Notes under the pieces: generated by a model | The model's input: only the letters and a program-made list of their open reading frames with translations | Databases searched by the model: none | What the model was told of the DNA's origin: nothing | NCBI GenBank assembly: GCA_964016885.1 | Contig: OZ024748.1 | Location: forward strand, 40,548,001-40,612,000 | Length of the DNA stretch: 64,000 bases | Source: Eledone cirrhosa | Lineage: Eukaryota | Direction of reading: 5' to 3' | Translations under genes and position numbers: made by a program | Shown: in pieces, positions 32,101 to 47,100 of the stretch | Numbering within the stretch: position 1 is the first letter of the stretch | Layout of the letters: every line of letters starts with the position of its first letter

Positions 32101-35100
32101 AGAGGTTACAGGTCCTTATATTACTGGACTTCATCAGAGGTTACAGGTCCCTATATTACTGGAGTTTATCAGGAGTTACAGGTCCTTATATTGCTGGACT
32201 TCATCAGGAGTTACAGGTCCTTATGTTACTGGATTCATCAGAGGTTACAGGTCACTATGTTACTGGACTTCATCAGAGGTTACAGGGCCTTATATTACTG
32301 GACTTCATCAGGAGTTGCAGCTCCTTATATTTCTGGACTTCATCAGAGGTTACAGGTTCTTATATTACTGGACTTCATCAGGAGTTACAGGTTCCTATAT
32401 TACTGGACTTCAACAGAGGTTACAGGTCCCTATATTACTGGACTTCATCAAGAGTTGCAGCTCCTTATATTTCTGGACTTCATCAGAGGTTACAGGTCCT
32501 TATATTACTGGACTTCATCAAGAGTTACAGGTCATTATATTACTGGACTTCATCAGAGGTTACAGGTCCTTATATTACTGGACTTCATCAGGAGTTACAG
32601 GTCCCTATGTTACTGGACTTCATCAGAGGTTACAGGTCCCTATATTACTGGACTTCATCAGGAGTTGCAGCTCCTTATATTTCTGGACTTCATCAGAGGT
32701 TACAGGTACTTATATTACTGGACTTCATCAGAGGTTACAGGTACTTATATTACTGGACTTCATCAGAGGTTACAGGTCCCAATATTACTGGACATCATCA
32801 GGAGTTACAGGTCCTTATATTACTGGACTTCATCAGGAGTTACAGGTTCCTATATTACTGGACTTCAACAGAGGTTACAGGTCCCTATATTACTGGACTT
32901 CATCAGAGGTTACAGGTCCTTATATTACTGGACTTCATCAGAGGTTACAGGTCCCAATATTACTGGACATCATCAGGAGTTACAGGTCCTTATATTACTG
33001 GACTTCATCAGGAGTTACAGGTCACTATGTTACTGGACTTCATCAGAGGTTACAGGTCCCTATATTACTGGACTTCATCAGAGGTTACAGGTCCCTATAT
33101 TACTGGACTTTATCAGAGGTTACAGGTTCTCATATTAGTGGACTTCATCAGGATTTAAAAGTCCCTATATTATTGGACTTCATCAGAGGTTACAGGTCCT
33201 TATATTACTGGACTTCATGAGGAGTTACAGGTCCCTATGTTACTGGACTTAATCAGAGGTTACAGGTCCCTATATTACTGGACTACATCAGAGGTTTCAC
33301 GTCCTTATATTACTGGACTCATCAAAGGTTACAGGGCCCTATATTACTGGACTTCATCAGCAGTTACAGGTCCCAATATTACTGCACATCATCAGAAGTT
33401 ACAGGTCCCTATATTACTGGACTTCATCAGGAGTTACAGGTCCCTATATTACTGGACTTCATCAGAGGTTACAGGTCCTTATATTACTGGACTCATCAGA
33501 GGTTACAGGTCCTTATATTACTGGACTTCATGAGGAATTACAGCTCCCTATATTACTGGACTTCATCAGAGGTTACAGGTCGCTATATTACTGGACTTCA
33601 TCAGAGGTTTACAGGTCCCTATATTACTGGACTTTATCAGGACTTACAGGTACTTATATTAGTGGACTTCATCAGGAGTTACAGGTCCCTATATTACTGG
33701 ACTTCATCAGAGGTTACAGGTCCTTATATTACTGGACTTCATCAGAGATTACAGGTCCCTATATGACTGGATTTCATCAGAGGTTACAGGTCCCTATATT
33801 ACTGGACTTCATCAGGATTTAAAAGTCCCTATATTATTGGACTTCATCAGAGGTTATAGGTCCTTATATTGCTGGACTTCATCAGATGTTACAGGTCCTT
33901 ATATTACTGGACTTCATCAGGAGATTCAGGTCCCTATATTACTGGACTTCATCAGAGGTTACAGGTACTTATATTACTGGACTTCATCAGAGGTTACAGG
34001 TCCCAATATTACTGGACATCATCAGGAGTTACAGGTCCTTATATTACTGGACTTCATCAGGAGTTACAGGTTCCTATATTACTGGACTTCATCAGAGGTT
34101 ACAGGTCCCTATATTACTGGACTTCATCATAGGTTACAGGTCCCTATATTACTGGACTTCATCTGAGGTTACAGGACCTTATATTACTGGAGTTCATCAG
34201 GAGTTAATGGTCCCTATATTACTGGACTTCATCAGGAGATACAGGTCCCTATATTACTGGACTTCATCAGAGGTTACAGGTACTTATATTACTGGACTTC
34301 ATCAGAGGTTACAGGTCCCTATATTACTGGACTTCATCAGAGGTAACAGGTTCTTATATTACTGAACATCATTAGAGGTTACAGGTCCTTATATTACTGG
34401 GCTTCAGCAGGAGATACAAGTCCCTATATTACTGGATTTCATCAGAGGTTACAGGTCCTTATATTACTGGACTTCATCAGAGGTTACAGGTCCTTATATT
34501 ACTGGACTTCATCAGGCGTTACAGGTCCTATTTTACTGGAATTTATCAGAGGTTACAGCTCCTTATATTACTGGACTTCATCAGAGATTACAAGTCCCTA
34601 TATTACTGGACTTCATCAGGAGTTACAGGCCCTTATATTACTGGACTTCATCAGAGGTTACAGTACCCTATATTACTGGACTTCATCAGAGGTTACAGGT
34701 CCCTATATTACTGGACTTCATAAGAGGTTCCAGATCCTTATATTACTGGACTTCATCAGAATTTACAGCCCCTTATATTAATGGACTTCATCAGGAGTTA
34801 CAGGTCCTTATATTACTGGACTTCATCAGGAGTTACAGGTCCCTATATTACTGGACTTCATCAGAGGTTACAGGTCCCTATATAACTGGAATTCATCAGA
34901 GGTTACAGGTCCCTATATTACTGGACTTCATCAGGAGATACAGGTCCCCATATTGCTGGATTTCATCAGAGGTTACAGGTCCTTATATTAATGGACTTCA
35001 TCAGGAGTTACAGGTCCTTATATTACTGGACTTCATCAGGAGTTACAGGTCTTTATATTACTGGACTTCATCAGAGGTTACAGGTATTTATATTACTGGA

Positions 35101-38100
35101 CTTCATCAGAGGTTACAGGTATTTATATTACTGGACTTCATCAGAGGTTACAGGTCCCTATATTACCGGACTTCATCAGAGGCTACAGGTCCTTATATTA
35201 CTGGACTTCATCAGGAGTTACAGGTCCCTATATTACTCGACTTCATCAGAGGTTACAGGTCCCTATATTACTGGACTTCATCATAGGTAACAGGTTCTTA
35301 TATTACTGGATATTATCAGATGTTACAGGTCCTTATATTACTGGACTTCCTCAGAGGTTACATGTCCCTATATTACTAAACATCATCAGGAGTTACAGGT
35401 CCTTATATTACTGGAATTCATCAGGAGTTACAGGTCCTTATATTACTGGACGTCATCAGAGGTTACAGGTCCTTATATTACTGGACTTCATCAGAGACTA
35501 TAGGTCCCTATATTACTGAACTTCATCAGAGGTTACAGGTCCTTATATTACTGGACTTCATCAGAGGTTACAGGTCCCTATATTACTGGAGTTTATCAGG
35601 AGTTACAGGTCCTTATATTGCTGGACTTCATCAGGAGTTACAGCTCCTTATATTACTGGACTTCATCAGAGGTTACAGGTCCTTATATTACTGGACTTCA
35701 TCAGGCGTTACAGTTCCTTATTTTACTGGACTTCATCAGAGGTTAAGGGTCCTTATATTACTGGACTTCATCAGAGATTACAGGTCCCTATATTACTGGA
35801 CTTCATCAGGAGTTACAGGCCCTTATGTTACTGGACTTCATCAGAGGCTACAGGTCGTATATTACCGGACTTCATCAGAGGTTACAGGTCCCTATATTAC
35901 TGGCCTTCATCAGAGGTTACAGGTCCCTATATTACTGGACTTCAGCAGAGGTTCCAGGTCCTTATATTACTGGAGTTCATGAGGAGTTAAAGGTCCCTAT
36001 ATTACTGGACTTCATCAGGAGATACAGGTCCCTATATTACTCGACTTCATCAGAGGTTACAGGTCCTTATATTACTGGACTTCATCAGAGGTTACAGGTC
36101 CTTATATTACTGGACTTTATCAGGAGTTAAAGGTCCCTATATTACTGGACTTCATCAGGAGATACAGGTCCCTATATTACTGGACTTCATCAGAGGTTAC
36201 AGGTACCTATATTACTGGACTTCATCAGAGGTTACAGGTCCCTATATTACTGGAGTTTATCAGGAGTTACAGGTGCTTATATTGCTGGACTTCATCAGGA
36301 GTTACAGGTCCTTATATTACTGGACTTCATCAGGAGATACAGGTCCCTATATTGCTGGACTTCATCAGAGGTTACAGGTCCTTATATTACTGGACTTCAT
36401 CAGAGGTTACAGGTCCCTATATTACTGGAGTTTATCAGGAGTTACAGGTCCTTATATTACTGGACTTCATCAGGAGTTACAGGTTCCTATATTACTGGAC
36501 TTCAACAGAGGTTACAGGTCCCTATATTACTGGACTTCATCAGGAGTCACAGGTCCCTATATTACTGGACTTCATCAGGAGTTACAGGCCCTTATGTTAC
36601 TGGACTTCATCAGAGGCTACAGGTCCTATATTACCGGACTTCATCAGAGGTTACAGGTCCCTATATTACTGGCCTTCATCAGAGGTTACAGGTCCCTATA
36701 TTACTGGACTTCAGCAGAGGTTCCAGGTCCTTATATTACTGGAGTTCATGAGGAGTTAAAGGTCCCTATATTACTGGACTTCATCAGGAGATACAGGTCC
36801 CTATATTACTCGACTTCATCAGAGGTTACAGGTCCTTATATTACTGGACTTCATCAGAGGTTACAGGTCCCTATATTACTGGACTTTATCAGGAGTTAAA
36901 GGTCCCTATATTACTGGACTTCATCAGGAGATACAGGTCCCTATATTGCTGGACTTCATCAGAGGTTACAGGTCCTTATATTACTGGACTTCATCAGAGG
37001 TTACAGGTCCCTATATTACTGGAGTTTATCAGGAGTTACAGGTCCTTATATTACTGGACTTCATCAGGAGTTACAGGTTCCTATATTACTGGACTTCAAC
37101 AGAGGTTACAGGTCCCTATATTACTGGACTTCATCAGGAGTCACAGGTCCCTATATTACTGGACTTCATCAGAGGTTAGAGGTCTATATATTACTGGACT
37201 CATCAAAGGTTACAGGGCCCTATATTACTGGACTTCATCAGGAGTCACAGGTCCCTATATTACTGGACTACATCAGAGGTTTCAGGTCCTTATACTACTG
37301 GACTCATCAAAGGTTACAGGGCCCTATATTACTGGACTTCATCAGGAGTTACAGGTCCCAATATTACTGGACATCATCAGGAGTTACAGGTCCTTATATT
37401 ACTGGACTTCATCAGGAGTTACAGGTCCTTATATTACTGGATTCATCAGAGGTTACAGGTCACTATGTTACTGGACTTCATCAGAGGTTACAGGACCTTA
37501 TATTACTGGACTTCATCAGGAGTTGCAGCTCCTTATATTTCTGGACTTCATCAGAGGTTACAGGTCCTTATATTACTGGACTCATCAGAGGTTACAGGTG
37601 CTTATGTTACTGGACTTCATGAGGAATTACAGGTCCCTATATTACTGGACTTCATCAGAGGTTACAGGTCCTTATATTACTGGACTTCATCAGATGTTAC
37701 AGGACCTTATATTACTGGAGTTCATCAGGAGTTAATGGTCCCTATATTACTGGACTTCATCAGGAGATACAGGTCCCTATATTGCTGGATTTCATCAGAG
37801 GTTACAGGTCCTTATATTACTGGATTTCATCAAGAGTTACAGGTCCCTGTATTACTGGATTCATCAGGAGATACAGGTCCCTATATTACTGGATTTCATC
37901 AGAGGTAACAGGTTCTTATATTACTGAACATCATCAGAGGTTACAGGTCCTTATATGACTGGGCTTCAGCAGGAGATACAGGTCCCTATATTACTGGATT
38001 TCATCAGAGGTTACAGGTCCTTATATTACTGGACTTCATCAGAGGTTACAGGTCCTTATATTACTGGACTTCATCAGGCGTTACAGGTCCTATTTTACTG

Positions 38101-41100
38101 GAATTCATCAGAGGTTACAGCTCCTTATATTACTGGACTTCATCAGAGATTACAAGTCCCTATATTACTGGACTTCATCAGAGGTTACAGGTCCCTATAT
38201 TACTGGACTTCATAAGAGGTTCCAGATCCTTATATTACTGGACTTCATCAGAGTTTACAGCCCCTTATATTAATGGACTTCATCAGGAGTTGCAGGTCCT
38301 TATATTACTGGACTTCATCAGGAGTTACAGGTCCCTATATTACTGGACTTCATCAGAAGTTACAGGTCCCTATATTACTGCAATTCATCAGAGGTTACAG
38401 GTCCCTATATTACTGCAATTCATCAGGAGTTACAGGCCCTTATATTACCGGACTTCATCAGGAGTTACAGGTCCTTATATTACTGGACTTCATCAGGAGT
38501 TACAGGTCCCTATATTACTGCAATTCATGAGAGGTTACAGGTCCCTATATTACTGCACTTCATCAGGAGTTACAGGTCCTTATTTTACTGGACTTCATCA
38601 GGCGTTACAGTTCCCTATATTACTGGACTTCATCAGAGGTTACAGGTCCCTATATTACTGGCCTTCATCAGAGGTTACAGGTCCCTATATTACTGGACTT
38701 CATCAGAGGTTCCAGGTCCTTATATTACTGGAGTTCATGAGGGGTTAAAGGTCCCTATATTAGTGGACTTCATCAGGAGATACAGGTCCCTATATTACTC
38801 GACTTCATCAGAGGTTACAGGTCCTTATATTACTGGACTTCATCAGAGGTTACAGGTCCTTATATTACTGGACTTCATCAGGCGTTACAGTTCCTTATTT
38901 TACTGGACTTCATCAGAGGCTACAGGTCCTATATTACCGGACTTCATCAGAGGTTACAGGTCCCTATATTACTGGACTTCATCAGAGGTTCCAGGTCCTT
39001 ATATTACTGGAGTTCATGAGGAGTTAAAGGTCCCTATATTACTGGACTTCATCAGGAGATACAGGTCCCTATATTACTCGACTTCATCAGAGGTTACAGG
39101 TCCTTATATTACTGGACTTCATCAGAGGTTACAGGTCCTTATATTACTGGACTTTATCAGGAGTTAAAGGTCCCTATATTACTGGACTTCATCAGGAGAT
39201 ACAGGTCCCTATATTACTGGACTTCATCAGAGGTTACAGGTCCTTATATTAATGGACTTCATCAGGAGTTACAGGTCTTTATATAACTGGACTTCATCAG
39301 AGGTTACAGGTATTTATATTACTGGACTTCATCAGAGGTTACAGGTCCTTATATTACTGGAGTTTATCAGGAGTTACAGGTCCTTATATTACTGGACTTC
39401 ATCAGGCGTTACAGTTCCTTATTTTACTGGACTTCATCAGAGGTTACAGGTCCTTATATTACTGGACTTCATCAGAGATTACAGGTCCCTATATTACTGG
39501 ACTTCATCAGGAGTTACAGGCCCTTATGTTACTGGACTTCATCAGAGGCTACAGGTCCTATATTACCGGACTTCATCAGAGGTTACAGGTCCCTATATTA
39601 CTGGACTTCATCAGAGGTTACAGGTCCCTATATTACTGGACTTCATCAGAGGTTCCAGGTCCTTATATTACTGGAGTTCATCAGGAGATACAGGTCCCCA
39701 TATTGCTGGACTTCATCAGAGGTTACAGGCCCTTAAATTACTGGACTTCATCAGGAGTTACAGGTCCTTATTTTACTGGACTTCATCAGAGGTTACAGGT
39801 CCTTATATTACTGGAGTTCATCAGGAGATACAGGTCCCCATATTGCTGGACTTCATCAGAGGTTACAGGTCCTTATATTACTGGAGTTTATCAGGAGTTA
39901 CAGGTCCTTATATCACTGGACTTCATCAGGAGATACAGGTCCCTATATTGCTGGACTTCATCAGAGGTTACAGGTCCTTATATTACTGGACTTCATCAGA
40001 GATTACAGGGCTTTAAATTACTGGACTTCATGAGGAGTTACAGGTCCTTATATTACTGGACTTCATCAGAAGTTACAGGGCTTTAAATTACTGGACTTCA
40101 TCAGGAGTTACAGGTCCCTATATTACTGGACTTCATCAGAGGTTACAGGTCCCTATATTACTGCACTTCATCAGGAGTTACAGGTCCTTATATTACTGGA
40201 CTTTATCACGAGTTACAGGTCCCTCTTTTCTGGACTCCATCAGGAGTTACAGGTCTTTATATTACTGGACTTCATCTGGAGTTACAGGTCCTTATATTAC
40301 TGGACTTCATCAGAGGTTACAGGTCCCTATATTACTGGACTTCATCAGAGGTTACAGGTTCTTATATTACTGGATTTAATCAGAGGTTACAGGTCCCTAT
40401 ATTATTGGATTTCATCGGTAGTTACAGGTCTTATATTACTGTACTTCATCAGGAGATACAGGTCCCTATATTGCTGGACTTCATCAAAGGTTACAGGTCC
40501 TTATATTACTGGACTTCATCAGAGCTTACAGGTCCTTATATTACTGGACTTCATCAGGAGTTACAGGTCTTTATATTACTGGACTTCATCAGAGGTTACA
40601 GGTCCCTATATTATTGGATTTCATCGGTAGTTACAGGTCTTATATTACTGTACTTCATCAGGAGATACAGGTCCCTATATTGCTGGACTTCATCAAATGT
40701 TACAGGTCCTTATATTACTGGACTTCATCAGAGCTTACAGGTCCTTATATTACTGGACTTCATCAGGAGTTACAGGTCTTTATATTACTGGACTTCATCA
40801 GAGGTTACAGGTCCTTATATTACTGGACTTCATCAGAAGCTACAGGTCCCGATATTACTGGACTTCATCATGAGATACAGGTCCCTATATTACTGGATTT
40901 CATCAGAGGTAACAGGTTCTTATATTACTGAAAATCATCAGAGGTTACAGGTCGTTATATTACTGGGCTTCATCAGGAGTTACAGGTCCCTATATAACTC
41001 GACTTCATCAGAGGTTACAGGTCCTTATATTACTGGACTTCATCAGGCGTTACAGGTCCTTATTTTACTGGAATTCATCAGAGGTTACAGCTACTTATAT

Positions 41101-44100
41101 TACTGGACTTCATCAGAGATTACAGGCCCTTATATTACTGGACTTCATCAGAGGTTACAGTACCCTATATTACTAAACATCATCAGGAGTTACAGGTCCT
41201 TATATTACTGGAATTCATCAGGTGTTACAGGTCCTTATATTACTGGACTTCCTCAGAGGTTACATGTCCCTATATTACTAAACATCATCAGGAGTTACAG
41301 GTCCTTATATTACTGGAATTCATCAGGAGTTACAGGTCCTTATATTACTGGACGTCATCAGAGGTTACAGGTCCTTATATTACTGGACTTCATCAGAGAC
41401 TATAGGTCCCTATATTACTGAACTTCATCAGAGGTTACAGGTCCTTATATTACTGGACTTCATCAGAGGTTACAGGTCCCTATATTACTGGAGTTTATCA
41501 GGAGTTACAGGTCCTTATATTTCTGGACTTCATCAGGAGTTACAGCTCCTTATATTACTGGACTTCATCAGAGGTTACAGGTCCTTATATTACTGGACTT
41601 CATCAGGCGTTACAGTTCCTTATTTTACTGGACTTCATCAGAGGTTAAGGGTCCTTATATTACTGGACTTCTTCAGAGATTACAGGTCCCTATATTACTG
41701 GACTTCATCAGGAGTTACAGGCCCTTATGTTACTGGACTTCATCAGAGGCTACAGTCCTATATTACCGGACTTCATCAGAGGTTACAGGTCCCTATATTA
41801 CTGGCCTTCATCAGAGGTTACAGGTCCCTATATTACTGGACTTCAGCAGAGGTTCCAGGTCCTTATATTACTGGAGTTCATGTGGAGTTAAAGGTCCCTA
41901 TATTACTGGACTTCCTCAGGAGATACAGGTCCCTATATTACTCGACTTCATCAGAGGTTACAGGTCCTTATATTACTGGACTTCATCAGAGGTTACAGGT
42001 CCTTATATTACTGGACTTTATCAGGAGTTAAAGGTCCCTATATTACTGGACTTCATCAGGAGATACAGGTCCCTAAATTACTGGACTTCATCAGAGGTTA
42101 CAGGTACCTATATTACTGGACTTCATCAGAGGTTACAGGTCCCTATATTACAGGAGTTTATCAGGAGTTACAGGTCCTTATATTGCTGGACTTCATCAGG
42201 AGTTACAGGTCCTTATATTACTGGACTTCATCAGGAGATACAGGTCCCTATATTGCTGGACTTCATCAGAGGTTACAGGTCCTTATATTACTGGACTTCA
42301 TCAGAGGTTACAGGTCCCTATATTACTGGAGTTTATCAGGAGTTACAGGTCCTTATATTACTGGACTTCATCAGGAGTTACAGGTTCCTATATTACTGGA
42401 CTTCAACAGAGGTTACAGGTCCCGATATTACTGGACTTCATCAGGAGTCACAGGTCCCTATATTACTGGACTTCATCAGGAGTTACAGGCCCTTATGTTA
42501 CTGGACTTCATCAGAGGCTACAGGTCCTATATTACCGGACTTCATCAGAGGTTACAGGTCCCTATATTACTGGCCTTCATCAGAGGTTACAGGTCCCTAT
42601 ATTACTGGACTTCAGCAGAAGTTCCAGGTCCTTATATTACTGGAGTTCATGAGGAGTTAAAGGTCCCTATATTACTGGACTTCATCAGGAGATACAGGTC
42701 CCTATATTACTCGACTTCATCAGAGGTTACAGGTCCTTATATTACTGGACTTCATCAGAGGTTACAGGTCCTTATATTACTGGACTTTATCAGGAGTTAA
42801 AGGTCCCTATATTACTGGACTTCATCAGGAGATACAGGTCCCTATATTACTGGACTTCATCAGAGGTTACAGGTACCTATATTACTGGACTTCATCAGAG
42901 GTTACAGGTCCCTATATTACTGGAGTTTATCAGGAGTTACAGGTCCTTATATTGCTGGACTTCATCAGGAGTTACAGGTCCTTATATTACTGGACTTCAT
43001 CAGGAGATACAGGTCCCTATATTGCTGGACTTCATCAGAGGTTACAGGTCCTTATATTACTGGACTTCATCAGAGGTTACAGGTCCTTATATTACTGGAC
43101 TTCATCAGGAGTTACAGGTCCCTATGTTACTGGACTTCATCAGAGGTTACAGGTCCCTATATTACTGGAGTTTATCAGGAGTTACAGCTCCTTATATTAC
43201 TGGACTTCATCAGGAGTTACAGGTTCCTATATTACTGGACTTCAACAGAGGTTACAGGTCCCTATATTACTGGACTTCATCAGGAGTCACAGGTCCCTAT
43301 ATTACTGGACTTCATCAGAGGTTAGAGGTCTATATATTACTGGACTCATCAAAGGTTACAGGGCCCTATATTACTGGACTTCATCAGGAGTCACAGGTCC
43401 CTATATTACTGGACTACATCAGAGGTTTCAGGTCCTTATACTACTGGACTCATCAAAGGTTACAGGGCCCTATATTACTGGACTTCATCAGGAGTTACAG
43501 GTCCCAATATTACTGGACATCATCAGGAGTTACAGGTCCTTATATTACTGGACTTCATCAGGAGTTACAGGTCCTTATATTACTGGATTCATCAGAGGTT
43601 ACAGGTCACTATGTTACTGGACTTCATCAGAGGTTACAGGACCTTATATTACTGGACTTCATCAGGAGTTGCAGCTCCTTATATTTCTGGACTTCATCAG
43701 AGGTTACAGGTCCTTATATTACTGGACATCATCAAGAGTTACAGGTCATTATATTACTGGACTTCATCAGAGGTTACAGGTCCTTATATTACTGGACTTC
43801 ATCAGGAGTTACAGGTCCCTATGTTACTGGACTTCATCAGAGGTTACAGGTCCCTATATTACTGGACTACATCAGAGGTTTCACGTCCTTATATTACTGG
43901 ACTCATCAAAGGTTACAGGGCCCTATATTACTGGACTTCATCAGGAGTTACAGGTCCCAATATTACTGCACATCATCAGGAGTTACAGGTCCCTATATTA
44001 CTGGACTTCATCAGGAGTTACAGGTCCCTATATTACTGGACTTCATCAGAGGTTACAGGTCCTTATATTACTGGACTCATCAGAGGTTACAGGTCCTTAT

Positions 44101-47100
44101 ATTACTGGACTTCATGAGGAATTACAGGTCCCTATATTACTGGACTTCATCAGAGGTTACAGGTCGCTATATTACTGGACTTCATCAGAGGTTTACAGGT
44201 CCCTATATTACTGGACTTTATCAGGACTTACAGGTCCTTATATTAGTGGACTTCATCAGGAGTTACAGGTCCCTATATTACTGGACTTCATCAGAGGTTA
44301 CAGGTCCTTATATTAGTGGACTTCATCAGATGTTACAGGACCTTATATTACTGGAGTTCATCAGGAGTTAATCGTCCCTATATTACTGGACTTCATCAGG
44401 AGATACAGGTCCCTATATTGCTGGATTTCATCAGAGGTTACAGGTCCTTATATTACTGGATTTCATCAAGAGTTACATGTCCCTGTATTACTGGATTCAT
44501 CAGGAGATACAGGTCCCTATATTACTGGATTTCATCAGAGGTAACAGGTTCTTATATTACTGAACATCATCAGAGGTTACAGGTCCTTATATGACTGGGC
44601 TTCAGCAGGAGATACAGGTCCCTATATTACTGGATTTCATCAGAGGTTACAGGTCCTTATATTACTGGACTTCATCAGAGGTTACAGGTCCTTATATTAC
44701 TGGACTTCATCAGGCGTTACAGGTCCTATTTTACTGGAATTCATCAGAGGTTACAGCTCCTTATATTACTGGACTTCATCAGAGATTACAAGTCCCTATA
44801 TTACTGGACTTCATCAGAGGTTACAGGTCCCTATATTACTGGACTTCATAAGAGGTTCCAGATCCCTATATTACTGGACTTCATCAGAGTTTACAGCCCC
44901 TTATAATAATGGACTTCATCAGGTGTTGCAGGTCCTTATATTACTGGACTTCATCAGGAGTTACAGGTCCCTATATTACTGGACTTCATCAGGAGTTACA
45001 GGTCCCTATATTACTGCAATTCATGAGAGGTTACAGGTCCCTATATTACTGCACTTCATCAGGAGTTACAGGTCCTTATATTACTGGACTTCATCAGAGG
45101 TGACAGGTCCTTATTTTACTGGACTTCATCAGGCGTTACAGTTCCCTATATTACTGGACTTCATCAGAGGTTACAGGTCCCTATATTACTGGCCTTCATC
45201 AGAGGTTACAGGTCCCTATATTACTGGACTTCATCAGAGGTTCCAGGTCCTTATATTACTGGAGTTCATGAGGGGTTAAAGGTCCCTATATTACTGGACT
45301 TCATCAGGAGATACAGGTCCCTATATTACTCGACTTCATCAGAGGTTACAGGTCCTTATATTACTGGACTTCATCAGAGGTTACAGGTCCTTATATTACT
45401 GGACTTCATCAGGCGTTACAGTTCCTTATTTTACTGGACTTCATCAGAGGCTACAGGTCCTATATTACCGGACTTCATCAGAGGTTACAGGTCCTTATAT
45501 TACTGGACTTTATCAGGAGTTAAAGGTCCCTATATTACTGGACTTCATCAGGAGATACAGGTCCCTATATTGCTGGACTTCATCAGAGGTTACAGGTCCT
45601 TATATTACTGGACTTCATCAGAGATTACAGGGCTTTAAATTACTGGACTTCATGAGGAGTTACAGGTCCTTATATTACTGGACTTCATCAGAAGTTACAG
45701 GGCTTTAAATTACTGGACTTCATCAGGAGTTACAGGTCCCTATATTACTGGACTTCATCAGAGGTTACAGGTCCTTATATTATTGGACTTCATCAGGAGT
45801 TACAGGTCCTTATATTATTGGACTTCATCAGGAGTTACAGGTCCCTATATTACTGCACTTCATCAGAGGTTACAGGTCCCTATATTACTGCACTTCATCA
45901 GGAGTTACAGGTCCTTATATTACTGGACTTTATCACGAGTTACAGGTCCCTCTTTTCTGGACTCCATCAGGAGTTACAGGTCTTTATATTACTGGACTTC
46001 ATCTGGAGTTACAGGTCCTTATATTACTGGACTTCATCAGAGGTTACAGGTCCCTATATTACTGGACTTCATCAGAGGTTACAGGTTCTTATATTACTGG
46101 ATTTAATCAGAGGTTACAGGTCCCTATATTATTGGATTTCATCGGTAGTTACAGGTCTTATATTACTGTACTTCATCAGGAGATACAGGTCCCTATATTG
46201 CTGGACTTCATCAAAGGTTACAGGTCCTTTTATTACTGGACTTCATCAGAGCTTACAGGTCCTTATATTACTGGACTTCATCAGGAGTTACAGGTCTTTA
46301 TATTACTGGACTTCATCAGAGGTTACAGGTCCCTATATTATTGGATTTCATCGGTAGTTACAGGTCTTATATTACTGTACTTCATCAGGAGATACAGGTC
46401 CCTATATTGCTGGACTTCATCAAAGGTTACAGGTCCTTATATTACTGGACTTCATCAGAGCTTACAGGTCCTTATATTACTGGACTTCATCAGAGGTTAC
46501 AGGTTCTTATATTACTGGATTTAATCAGAGGTTACAGGTCCCTATATTATTGGATTTCATCGGTAGTTACAGGTCTTATATTACTGTACTTCATCAGGAG
46601 TTACAGATCTTTATATTACTGGACTTCATCAGAGGTTACAGGTCCTTATATTACTGGACTTCATCAGAAGCTACAGGTCCCGATATTACTGGACTTCATC
46701 ATGAGATACAGGTCCCTATATTACTGGATTTCATCAGAGGTAACAGGTTCTTATATTACTGAAAATCATCAGAGGTTACAGGTCGTTATATTACTGGGCT
46801 TCATCAGGAGTTACAGGTCCCTATATTACTCGACTTCATCAGAGGTTACAGGTCCTTATATTACTGGACTTCATCAGGCGTTACAGGTCCTTATTTTACT
46901 GGAATTCATCAGAGGTTACAGCTCCTTATATTACTGGACTTCATCATAGATTACAGGCCCTTATATTACTGGACTTCATCAGAGGTTACAGTACCCTATA
47001 TTACTGGACTTCATCAGAGGTTACAGGTCCCTATATTACTGGACTTCATAAGAGGTTCCAGGTCCTTATATTACTGGACTTCATCAGAGATTACAGGTCC